Shown here: in pieces, positions 11,815 to 24,000 of the stretch
How the letters are laid out: each line of letters begins with the position of its first letter
How positions within the stretch are numbered: the stretch's first letter is position 1
Source of the DNA: Ascidiella aspersa
Taxonomy: Eukaryota
Direction: 5' to 3'
Assembly: GCA_963924565.1 (NCBI GenBank)
Contig: OZ004612.1
Coordinates: 8,370,001 to 8,434,000, forward strand
DNA: 64,000 nt
Notes under the pieces: model-generated
What the model saw: only the letters and a program-made list of their open reading frames with translations
Database searches by the model: none
What the model was told of the DNA's origin: nothing
Made by a program: the position numbers and the translations under genes

Positions 11815-13989
11815 GTCACTGACTTGACTTAAGTGTACTTAAGTTTTAAAATGACTAGACTTGTCCCAATTCATTGGACCCAAATAACTTTATTGACCAC
11901 ATGACACGTCTATTGGACAAAATGACTTGTCTTGGGCTAAAGTATACGTGGCAAATAATAAAAAAATATTCTGAAATACTGGTATAATTATCAATTAATT
12001 TTTTAAAAAAAAAGAAAAAAGTGCCAATATAATTTGTATTCCAAAAAGTGCCAATATAATTTGTATTCCAAAGAATTTGTGTGTTTGCCTTATACTGACT
12101 GACGTACTGTCCAATCAACTTCTTGCTCTAGAAAATAAAGGCAATCTTATCCTTAGCAGCTACCTTGTGGATTGTGTCCCGAACTAATCTGTGACAAATA
12201 CAACAGCCTTTGTGTTTCGTACTGTTAGTATTGCAGTTACAAGCGATAAGCGAACTCTAATTGAGACAAGCTAATTACCGTCGAGTGGTGTTGAGTTGCT
12301 TTTGCAGTTTAAATAGAGAAACGCTATCTGTGGTCGCGTTTAGATGATTTAGCTAGCACGTCGAACGCTGGTGGCAGTATAGGCCAAGTTGTTTTCCAAT
12401 CTTAGGGCCTCTTCAACCATTTCAGTCTGCGACGCAATTTTTTAAACCTTTCTGAGTTTAGACAGCGATAACCGGCCAATTTCTCGTAGGCCGCTTCAAC
12501 AGGTCAATTCCACGAAACAATTTTTTATCTGTACTTTAATTACACTGATAAACAAAAAAAGCGTCTACTTTTGTGATGTTTCTAAAGGTTTTTCTGCGTT
12601 GATCCCGAAAATGATTTTGTTTTTCGCAGGGTTAGCCGTCTACACTTAATTAGCAATTTCAGAATTTTTTAAATAGGCCTCTTGAAATTTTCTCGCGATG
12701 CAATAGATAGACTTCACATTTGATTATATCTGCAACGGACATTAAAAAGAGATCAAGTTAAAATACCGATATCTGTTTTATTTTAGCGCAACTATAAACG
12801 AGGGATGGGCAACCTTTCCCCAGTCACTGGCCAAAACCAAACAATGCAAGGTCCCAAAGGGCGTATTTAAAAATTGCATATTGCTTTTTTAGCAACCTAA
12901 TAAAACAACTCTCAATTAGGGACTTATCAGCATTTAATGCAAGTATAATACCCACAAGAAAACGAAGGCAAAGCGTTTGCGCGAACAAATAAATACAAAA
13001 GTTCGACGCTGGCTAATTTTTTAAAAAGATAATGTTCTTTATCAGTCTCGCTGTTCCACAAGCATAGGAAGTGTGCTGGCCACCTTGTAAACCCAAGAAA
13101 AACTATAATTTTGAGGTCCCTTGTGATGCTTTTGTTGAATTAACTTCAAAATTGACATGGCCTCCCCCAAACAAAAATCCTAGATCCACGACAACTCATC
13201 GCTATAAAATGTGCCAAAAAGCGGTGTTGTAATCACTTTAGTAACTGTTTTCAAATGACTTGACTTGACTTTAGTCATTTGGGCAAAATTACTTGGCTTG
13301 ACTTAAGTCTTTTGGACAAATGGGTTGAAATGAAGTGTTTTCTTTAGTTATTTTTTTATTATAAAATTTTTTTATTCAAATGTTTGCGAAAAAACAAATT
13401 GCTTGCTATAGGGCAGGCTATGTTGCGATTTTCTTATTTTTTATTTCAATCATTGTTCATTATCGTACCGGTACTAGTTTAAAAATTCTATTAGTTAAAC
13501 GTTTTTATTTTTATGACAGGGAATTGACTTGCGCAACTGATGACTTGGACTGGGACTTGTTATTTACTTAAAAAGACATGACTTGTTTACAACACTGCCA
13601 AGAAGAGTGGTTCAGTTTATGCATAACAAACTCCTAATTGGGTCTTAAATACGATAAAATCAAGTTAAACGGACATTTGCCTACAGGCTACAGTTCTGAC
13701 ACGTAGCAATTAGCAAAGTAGCGTGAGGTTGTCCTATAAAGTTAATTTATTTTTTTAGCTTTTTGGTTTTGGAGAATTGATATTATACTTGTAATAGAGT
13801 ATCTGCGTATTTGTAGCACGTTTGCCATCTGATGGAATCCGTTCCGGTTGCACCATAGAATACTAATTCTATGGTTGCACAATCTCCCAAATATGCTGAG
13901 TCATTTCGTCAACAAATTTCGACGAACGCAAATGCCAAATCATGATGATGGCAGTCGGCTATCGGTTGTTTCATTGAGTAACGAAACTG

Positions 13990-14411
13990 GGCGCTGGTCT
14001 AAAATCGTAGCACATTTTTGTCGGAGGCTTATGTTGCTAACATTATTGGGTTTGGGTGCGAGTTAGGGCGGTGATCTAGAATCTTACCACAATAATTAAA
14101 TCAACGCACAGTATGTGGATTAGGGTGCCAGTTAGCGTTTGGATTTGGGTTGGTCAAGTATTAGTATTAAATAAAGAATATTATAATACTTCACCCACCC
14201 ACACCCAAACGCTAACTCGCACCCTAACTCAAATTTTGTGCCTTGATTTCATAACTGTGGTAGGATTCTAGACCAGCGCCCGAGTTAGTGTTTGGGTGTG
14301 TCAAGTAATAATATTACATTTATTCTATATTTATTTCTTGCTTGTAATTTCAATTTCGACAACTCGTTTCGTTACTGTAAAACAACAGTGGCCGGTTTCA
14401 AGACCAGCGCC
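13990..14411. mobile_element. Merlin-like MITE with a second copy of the same family nested inside (14067-14280)
   Basis: GG...CC termini; inner copy flanked by exact 8-bp TSD CGAGTTAG. Confidence 0.75.
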
Positions 14412-14593
14412 CGAAAGAGTATGTGTGTTGCTTCTTTAAATGAGCTGTTGAAGAATTACTGACTTTTTTGCAGTTTTTTATTCGCAAACTCTTCCAGTTC
14501 CATATAGAGCACAGCCTAGTTTACTTTTATGTGCGTGTGTCACATTTTTAACGCCTTTTTAGACGCTCTTTCACAGTCTGCATTGGCTGTAAT

Positions 14594-15090
14594 TAGGGTT
14601 CCTCTTTTTCCTGGATTTTTTCACTCCCGGAAAACGGGATTGAAAAATGAAAATTCCCGGGATGCACGACGAAAAAATTATACCTAAAATTACGTCATTA
14701 TGACGTTTAAAATTATTTTATATTAGCTCCAAAATTTAATTAAGCTCATTTATGTTCTGTAGTCTTGCTTCTGCAATCTTACAAGACCTTCATGTATTAA
14801 AAGCTGCACTCTTATTTGTTTTTATTTAAAAATAGCGGCTTTTCTTTTGGTAGAATAAATTTAATTAAGTTTTGCTGCTGGTAAGCACAAATAAAGCAAC
14901 TAAAGCAACGACTTTAACAGGGTTGGTAATATTTTTTTTCTTTATATTAGTCAAAAACGACAATTTTTTTTAAGTTTTGCTATGTTGCCAAATAACCGGG
15001 ATTAAGAAAAAAATTCCCGGGATTCGGGATCCTTAATTCGCAGGAAATCCCGGGAATTTCCCGTCGAAACATTTCCGAAGAGGAACCCTA
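14594..15090. mobile_element. hAT-like MITE (TAGGGTTC termini), copy 2
   Basis: TAGGGTTCCTCT...AGAGGAACCCTA; exact 8-bp TSD GCTGTAAT. Confidence 0.85.
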
Positions 15091-16712
15091 GCTGTAATAT
15101 GCAGAGTATTATGTGATACCAGCTAGTCAAATTTCCTTTTCATTAATTATCAAAGCAATGTTAATCTCACTCTAGTGTCACTGTTTCAGCCTGCGCTGAT
15201 ATGTGAGTGGCATCTGCTTTATGATAAATTGTTCCACTGATCAATAGTTGAAAACTGGTCGTTTCTTTATTAACTAATACAATTTTAAACAACCAAGCCT
15301 ATTGTGGTTGGCCCGCGCGTTAGTCACACAACCAGAGATTGGAGTCTAAAAGAAGTGTCAATTAGAATGTTTTTCTATTAAATAAACAATAAAAGTTCAA
15401 CTAAAACAAACTTTGGTCCCATACATTATCCGGCTAGGGCAGTCTCAAGAAATTGCAGCTAACTAAATAACTTTTAGCCCGTATCCCAGCAGTAACAATA
15501 TTTACTCACATAAAATGATAAAAGGCTGTGCGATTGGCAAGGCAAATTTTTTATCTACTTTAGAAATGGAATTTCATAGCGCTAAAAATAAAAAAAAAAT
15601 AAAATAATAATAGACAATGTTCCTGCAATGTTCCTTTTACAAAAATATAGATGTCCTACAGTAGGTTAAAGGGCAAGGACCCATAGCTTGTAAACTACTT
15701 AGGTAAACATGCTAAGCAAACATGCCTTTGCTTTGACTCCTAAAGCAAACATTCCCTAAACACTTTATGCTTTTATAGTACTATAAGTATTGTACCTTGT
15801 ACTTTAATATTTGCCTGGGTAGATGCATTAATGTTATAATATTCTTGCAGGTTGGATATTTATTTGGCTTTGAAACATGTTCAAGAGAGTTGGGTGCTCT
15901 TTCACTTATGTACATGAAAAGTTATGCAAAAAACAAAACAAAATAATAATACTGCATACCACAATGCATATTGTTTGGGTTAGGGTGCGGATTAGCGTTT
16001 GGGTGAGGGTGGGTCAAGTAATATTATGTTTATTATTAATAATAACTTGACCCACCCTCAACCAAATGCTAACCCGCACCCTAACCCAAACAATATGTGT
16101 TGTGGTATGCGGCATTTGAAGAAAGTTTTTTTTTTTATAATTTTTACGTACAATAGTGAAAGAGCGCCGAGAGTTGTTTAACAGTGTATGAGTTTGGTCA
16201 GATAAACATTTAGTAATTATCCGGTCTGCATTTCGTGGCATTTTTTGTCGTGCAACTAATTTTATGCACACCTGAGTTTGGTAACCTACAACTATTTAGG
16301 TGTGCACACTAATTCCTTAATAAATAGTTGTCTGTTCTCAGTTGACTCAATGTACCTTACGGTCTTTCACTGCATCCTGGAACAAACAACTGAAATTTTC
16401 CTTGTAACTTTGTACTGTGTTCTAGTTGTTTCGGTTCCAAAAAAATAAAATCTATCTATCTGTTCTATCTCATCCACTATTTAACTTTGTTTAGTTTTTG
16501 TATGTGACAAATAAATATTAAGAAACCATTTTGTAGAATACTAAAGTGCCTTTTTGTACATGCTGCGTTTTTCTTGTTTTTTACTTACTTAATAGATAAT
16601 CACTTGTGTTTTTTCACTGTACATGTTAACATATTATTTGTCATAAATAATGTTGTTCATTTCTTTTTTATATTTTTAGACTAGTACAAAATATTTAAAT
16701 AAATTACAAATC

Positions 16713-19700
16713 ATGACACAAAGCGCCAAAGGAAGTTGGGTTGACTGTGACGTCAAACTGACTGGGAAGACAGTTTTAATTACTGGAGCAAATTCCGGTA
16801 TTGGTTTGGAAACTGCAATTGATTTGGCGAAGAGGGGCGCGAGAATTATTCTGGCATGTCGAAATGCTGAAAGAGCACAGGCAGCTCAAGAAAAGGTTTT
16901 ATTTTTGCAGCAAATAGTTTTTAATCACCCTTGGTGTCTAGACTGTTTATACCAGTAGTTCCCAAACCTCTGACATGCTCTTATGTTTTGTTAATAAATA
17001 GGATATAAGACAGTATTGCTCAACCTATGGGTGACAACCCAAAATGGGTCACCAACAAAAAAAAAGATTTTCCTAAATTTAAAAATAATTTGAAAGCAAT
17101 ACAGAGATGTGGCTTATATAAATTAAATTCAAACTGGTTAATGCTAAATGTAATGTTCGTTTATGAAAAGTTCTTTGAAGAGAATTGGGTGGCCAAAGCT
17201 TTGCTGTTGTACTTACGCTTTGTTTTTGGGTAACAGTGAAAAACGGTTTGGAAACATTGATATAAGACAACAACACAAGTAATCATTTGCGACTTCCTTT
17301 AACAGTTAATGTTTTTCCCTACATTAATTGATCTATTAATAAAAATTTGCAGCTAGTGCTGGGAATGAAGTTTAAAATTGTTTTTGACCTTTAAACAGGT
17401 TGTGGAAGAAGCAAAGTGTGACCCATCGAAAGCTGTTGTCAAAATTTTGGACTTGAATTCTTTGGAATCAATTCGAAACTTTGCTGCCGATGTCAATGCA
17501 AATGAAGAAAGGCTCGACATTCTCATAAACAATGCAGGTAAAAAAAAAATTGAATTAAACTTCAAGTGCTCTAAAAGAGAAGTTATTCTGTCTGAGTGTA
17601 TAAAAGTAGAAATTAAATAAGTTTTCAATACAATATTTACTTGTATAAATACAGAGATTTTAGATACTGTTATATGAAATTGGTATACTGCTCTAAGTGC
17701 ACTTTGACTTTACCAGACATATTTGTTGTTGAAACTTTTTTAATAAATTTAAAATAGAAAAGGGTGGGTGTTTTCAATGTTGATTTTGTCAACTGACGAG
17801 TTTTGTATCAAATTTCAATGGAGGTAGCTTTAAGATAAACAATAATATATATATATATGTATATATATATATGCAATAATAGATTTTATCCACAAAAGTG
17901 TACACAATTTTTGTAACAGGAGTAATGATGTGTCCTCAAGGGAAAACTGATGATGGTTTTGAAACACAGTTTGGAGTCAATCATCTGGGTCACTTTCTTT
18001 TGACTAACTTATTGCTTGATTTAATTAAGGTATAACCATGTTTAATGCTACACTGCATGTGTGTAAATATGTTTTTGTTCTGAATAGCTTTGTGCGCTTT
18101 TGAAGGCACCGGGTGTTTCATAAAATATTTATCTTTACATTTTAAAGTCTCATAAATATTATCACCAAAAGCAATTATTTATTCTTTTTTTTTGGTTTTT
18201 AAACTGACAATTACATTATTTATTTATGAACAAGTAAACTTTATAACTTAGCAAAAAACTCTTTAAAGCCATGGTAAGTTTGTCAATCAACATTGGTAAT
18301 TGGTATGCCAATATAAAAATATAATTGCCCAAAATCACGCTGTGATTGATTTTGTTGTCGCAAAAGTCAAAGCAAATCACTTTCACGCTTTAATGGCAGT
18401 CAAGCAAAGTGTCAAAATCGCTTTAAACCGTCACTTTTTCTAGCTAAGCGGGGCTTAAGTTTAGCAAAGCGTGGCAATATAAACGAAAAGCAAATTATGC
18501 TATGCTCAACTCAGCTGCTGTGCGAACGGGCCTTAACGCAAGGTATTTTTCCTAAACTGACAGAAAAGTGCGCCGAGCCGCATTGTGGTCCTGTCGTCGA
18601 TTGCCCACACAAGAGGAAAGATGAATTGGAAGGATTTGAACAACGAAAAGTCGTACGACGCTTTCGACGTATATCGCCAAAGCAAACTTGCCAACCTGCT
18701 CTTCGCCCGACATCTAAGCAAGCTGCTGCAAGGTAACACACGATACTAATAGGCAGGGCTGTATTAAGGGTACTGTAGGACTAAGGCTGTTTACTAGAGA
18801 TGAGTCTAATTTGGCAAATCAAGCTACAAAAAGTAATAAAATACATACATAAAAATTGAAATTATTCATTCGTTTTTAAGCAAAAACTGTACTGTACTAG
18901 AAGTGGGACTGTATCATTATCAACCGTTTAACCCAAAACTGGGGGCCGAATGTTTCAGGTCTTAAGGTTGTATACTTAGCATTAGGTAACGAGAAACATC
19001 GGCTTTCCAATATTATTATGGTAAGTAAGTTTACCCATTTAAGAGATGTCAAATTTTATCGGGTACCTGGTATTACGTTGTAATTTTGCTGCCAGTCCGA
19101 TACTAGGGTAGTATCGGTGCCAAACTGACGTGGACATTTGAGCCATAATTTTTAATCAACTTAGTTGTTTTTACCTTTAATTGGTTTAACCTAAAGCCTA
19201 AACTTAGAAAATAGTAAATTAACAATCCAAAATATCTCTACCTAAAATCACAAAGGCTTGCAAATCAAATAAATACGTTGCACGTTAAATGCCCTTAAAT
19301 TCTTAAAACTCATAAATTGATTTGTGTATTAAACAACCTTATGTTTTTTTCCAAAGTCTTTGAATTTATGTTATGTGCATATTTCAGTTGTGTGTTAAAT
19401 AAATGTTTCTAAAAAACATATTTTTAACTATTTTGTATTGTGTGTGTTTTGTAAGAAGGCGAGTGATGAAAATTAAAAAAAAAAACTATACGCCCGTTTT
19501 TCGGTATTTCCACAGGAAGCGGTGTGACCGTCAACTCGGTGCACCCCGGAGTGGTCCAAACTGAATTGGGCCGTCACATGCAGTCGGGCGCCTTTCTCTA
19601 CAGGACCGTGTTCCGCCTGGCAATGCTGCCAGGAGTCAAAAGCTTGCTGGGCATCAAGACGCCGGTGCACGGGGCTCAGACCAGCATCTACTGCGCCGTG

Positions 19701-20422
19701 GCACCGGAACTGAGCGACGTGTCGGGAAAGTACTTCAGGTGTGTTTGTATGGGCAATGTTCGTTTAGTATCTGATCGCGTCGAGCTATCGGTACTCGTCG
19801 GATGCCATAGCGTTGAGATGTCCGATACCAAGTTGTAGTTTTGGTACTCGTCGGATATATTAGTGTTAAGCGTGTCCGATAATATCGGATACGATGCCCG
19901 ATACCAAGTTATGGTATCGCTATTCGTTGGATGCCACAGGGTTAGAAATTGTCCGAGGATCGGAAACATTGATACTTGCGTCCTATCGATACTTTAACAA
20001 TTCCAGGCGCTCTGTCGACTGAGCTACGTATGCTCAGAGGACAGCAAGCGGGTCAACAGCCACCACTGCCTGCAACATTCCGTAATTCGACTTCTACAAT
20101 TTTCTGCTTGTACACCACCGTGGGTGGCATTAAAATGTTGTGCGGGCCTGATGTAAAGTGTTTTAGCCATCACTCATCAGGGTTGGTAATATAATAACAT
20201 GGTTTAATATCCATTGCCTAAACACAAGATCGCCCGAATACTAAAGCTGTTAAGGGTTCAATAATAAACTTTTATGGCATTGGCCAACCAACCACTTCAA
20301 TTTCCCCTTCTTTCTTTTCTAGCGACTGTCGGGAAACACAAGAAGCGGCTGCTGCACGAAACGACGACGACGCTGAAAAACTGTGGCGTGTCAGCATGGA
20401 AATGACCAAACTCGATCAGTAG
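16713..20422 (+). CDS. Retinol dehydrogenase 11/12/13/14-like short-chain dehydrogenase/reductase (~307 aa)
   Basis: Exons 16713-16895, 17399-17537, 17920-18029, 18564-18732, 19516-19738 and 20323-20422, all GT-AG and phase-compatible. Motifs [36 protein letters not shown] (YxxxK), [14 protein letters not shown]. Confidence 0.93.
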
Positions 20423-20864
20423 TTGCCCCAAAACGCACGTTGCTGTAGCCCAGTGTTTGTCAACCTTAAGTTCCAGCTTTATTTTTGTATACTTTAAGTT
20501 TCAAAAAAAAAAATTATGCACTGTAACCTTACGCTTAGCGTTTGTGTCGCCGCGAAAACGTTTGTTTTGCCTTTTTTCTTTTTCAACACGCCAAGTTCAA
20601 TTTTTCTTGTGTTGCGCTTTAATTTTTTTGGCATTTTACAGCATAAATTACTGCGTGCACGATACCTACTGTAACTATTCCTGTGTTTAACTAAGGAACT
20701 TTTAATTGCGCTTCAAATGTCGTTTTATTCCATTGACGTTTAGCCAGTTTTCTTCAATCCCGCTTAACGTTGTTCCATAATAACTTTCAATGTGTTTAAT
20801 TTACCCTTTTACTTTGCAAGTAAAGAACAATTTTGAAATTGGTACAATGCCTAAAAGAAAGTAA

Positions 20865-21040
20865 AAACAGTAAGTGTAAAGTAAAGTAAAAGATGAAGGT
20901 GAAGTGGCTTGTTCTTCCCATTGACCCAAAAGTAGGTCAGGAATACCTGAAGTGTCGGTAAAAGTATTCGAGCCCAGACCTCAGGACGACCATTCTCCCA
21001 AAGGGAGCCGGTGCCGCCACTTTGAGGTAGGGCCCGAGTT
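20865..21040 (-). mobile_element. SINE-like retroposon fragment with (TTTAC)n-type tail
   Basis: Diverged inverted copy at ~39110-39290; both end in TTTAC/TTAC repeats and fold into stem-loops. Confidence 0.5.
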
Positions 21041-21044
21041 AAAA

Positions 21045-24000
21045 TATTAAATCGAAAGTTTTGCTAGATGTTTAGGTCTGATGTTGGTATGCTGGTTGGA
21101 GCAAGATGCACAACAGGTGCTAACAGAGAGGCGTAGACTGCCTTAAGATTTCGCATTTAAATTTGCGGCAGTAAATACACCCTATTGACACTTGATTATT
21201 AGGCGAAGCTTATCGCGATGTAATTGGTCGCCCGAAAAAAAGCTGACGCCGCATTGAAAGCAAGCATTATAAATGAGTCGCCGATATTCTGCTTTGAACA
21301 TTTCTACTCGCAATGCTTCCCTCCGTTAATTGTACGGTGGGTGAAACTTTATTCACGGCCTTACCTCTTTGTGTATTACCCCGACAATACGATGAAATGC
21401 GATTTGGAGAATATTTGAAAAAATCGTATTAGGAGAATATTTGTTATTTGCACCTGTTCTGGTATGTTACTCCAATCCAACATATCAACACACAATTATA
21501 AGTTGTGTGTAATTATATATAACTTATGGCTTTGAAGCGAAAGGGAAAAAATATGACGTAGATTTTGGGAATATGGCGTAGATTTTGGGAAATGATCGAA
21601 ACATATATTTGATCAATAAAAATTTACGTAGATTATGCTTACGGCCATGTTATTACATTTTGGTCAGCTAGCATGTTTAAAAAGCAAATATGTTCATTCT
21701 CTCTAAATGATTTATAACGTCTATGGTTTGTTATACTTTTTCCAACTTTTACTGGGTAAATTTTTACCATGTCTTGGTCTGAGCAATCACTGTTGAAACA
21801 GAGTTTAAATCTGTAATTATGAGCAATATGCAAACACGTTTATGTGCCTAATAAGCCACCTTTTATATTGAAAGTTTTTCCAATTTAAATCCAATAAACG
21901 CAATATTTATTTATTTATGACGCCATGTTATGACGTAGCTCTGTAACGTCGTCGTTAAGAATGCGTTAAACTTAAGCTTTTTGTTGTTGCGGCCCATGTA
22001 TAATTATATTTGTTTAGGCCTGGTGTTGAAATATTTAAATGGTGCAACAATTACAACAGGTGCTAACAGAAATGTGTCCACTGCCTCAAGGATTCGCATT
22101 TAAATTTGCGGTGGTAAAATATTTTGTGTTGTAAGAGCAATAGGTTTTTTTACTTAGATAGGCCTCTTTATGAAAGGCAAGTCGCATGCGCCTAGTTTTA
22201 CTAGGCAAGCCACTTCGAACAAAAACGTTGCACGCGCAGGACAATGAGGTACAGCAGGGATGCCAACGTTCATTTTTCGAACTGGCTGCGTTAGTAAAAC
22301 TGGGCGCGTGCGACTTACATTTAAGAAAGAAGCTTTCCTTAGTAAAATAACTTACTACTCTTACAAAACAACATATTTTACTGCCGCAAATATAAATGCG
22401 AAATCTGGTGGCAGTGTACACCTCTCTATTTGCACCTGTTGCGCATGTTACTTTAATCAAACATATCAACACCAGGCCTAAACAAATTAAAATTATATAA
22501 GGGCCGCAGCAAGCAAAACAAAAAGTTGAATACATTATTAGGGAAGATGTTACGAAGCTACGTTATAGCATGGCGTCATACAAAATAAATCTTAAGAACA
22601 CTGCGTTTATTTGATTTAAATTGACAACATTTTTTTTTTTTGACAAAAAAATTTTTTTTTTTTTTTGAGTATTAGGCTCATAAAAGAGTTTTGCATATTG
22701 CTCGAACAACAGATTTAAAGTCTATTTTAACAGTAATTGTGCGGACCAAGCCAGGGTAAAACATTATCGAGTAAAATTGTCAAAAAACCTAAAATATTGT
22801 GACGTCATCGTTTTAGCTCTCTGTTGTTATCGACTCCCATCTTGCGGTTGAAAAACGTCAGTACAGGATGCGTTCATATTTGCTTGCTTTGTTGAGTTTG
22901 CGATGCACGAAGCGACAGACACCATGCTGCGCCTCTTATTGTCACCGGTGAAATAACTCGCGCGTGCGACTTGGCTTTCATAAAGAGGCTACATTTGGAA
23001 AATAAATTATTGCTGCTACAAAACGACATATTTTACCGCTGTAAATTTAAATGCGAAATATGGTGGTAACGTAGACCTCTTTGTTAACACCTGTCGTGCA
23101 TGTTGCCTTAACCAACATATCAACACCAGGCCTAAACAACTAGCAAAACTTTCGATTAAGTAGGTTGCGCATTAGGCACATGAAAGTGTTTTGCATATTT
23201 CTCGAAACTACAGATTTAAATTGTGCTTTAGCCGTGATTACACGGACCAAGGTATGGTAAAATTCTGAAGAACTTCCAGTCCCGGTTTTTAGTGTTTTAC
23301 GCTCATGTGAAAAGGAGAGCGCAAATTAGTAGTTAATATCATCCCTGAGTTATTGTGCGGCAGTCGAACGCAACCCGACCTGTTCAGTCACGCTACAATT
23401 GAAGTTGCTGAGCCTTGTGTAGCAGCCAAGCACAGCCGAACGTGAACCTTACTATAACAAAGAGGGATAATATATTTTGTATGGGCTTGTCGAGGGATAT
23501 ATTTTTTCGAATATTTTGTTCCCTTCGGCAGAGAATGAAATGAGACGCTATTCTGTGGAAGACAAACTTCATATTTGTCAACCCTAACGCGCCTGTGTGT
23601 TGACTCAATTTAGGTTAATTATGCTTCGTACTTTCAGCTTTTGCAGGATAAATATTTATGATTTATGAACAACTCAGTTTAAATATACCGAATGTAGTTT
23701 GCTGTAGAATGCGTTTTGTTTCTTCTTATTATTTATATTTGAAGTTTGTCTAAACTAAACAGAAATAATTTCTGTTCTTAAATTTAATTAGTACGAAATG
23801 TTTTCTAGTTACAATTAAACAGCAAACACTTTATTTGCAAACGTTAAGTCAGAACGTTGTGAGTTTCATACAATAACTATGTAAACGCTACGCTAAGACA
23901 TAAAAAGGCAAGTTTATAGTCTTTGGCGAAAAACAAATGGTAGAACGAAAATTCGCAGACGGTGTGCAATGTCTTTGGCAAATGTTATTTTGTTTGGGTT

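Noticed and set aside
1970-16100. CTAACCC/GGGTTAG motifs as interstitial telomere
   Set aside because: Isolated degenerate units confined to one MITE family
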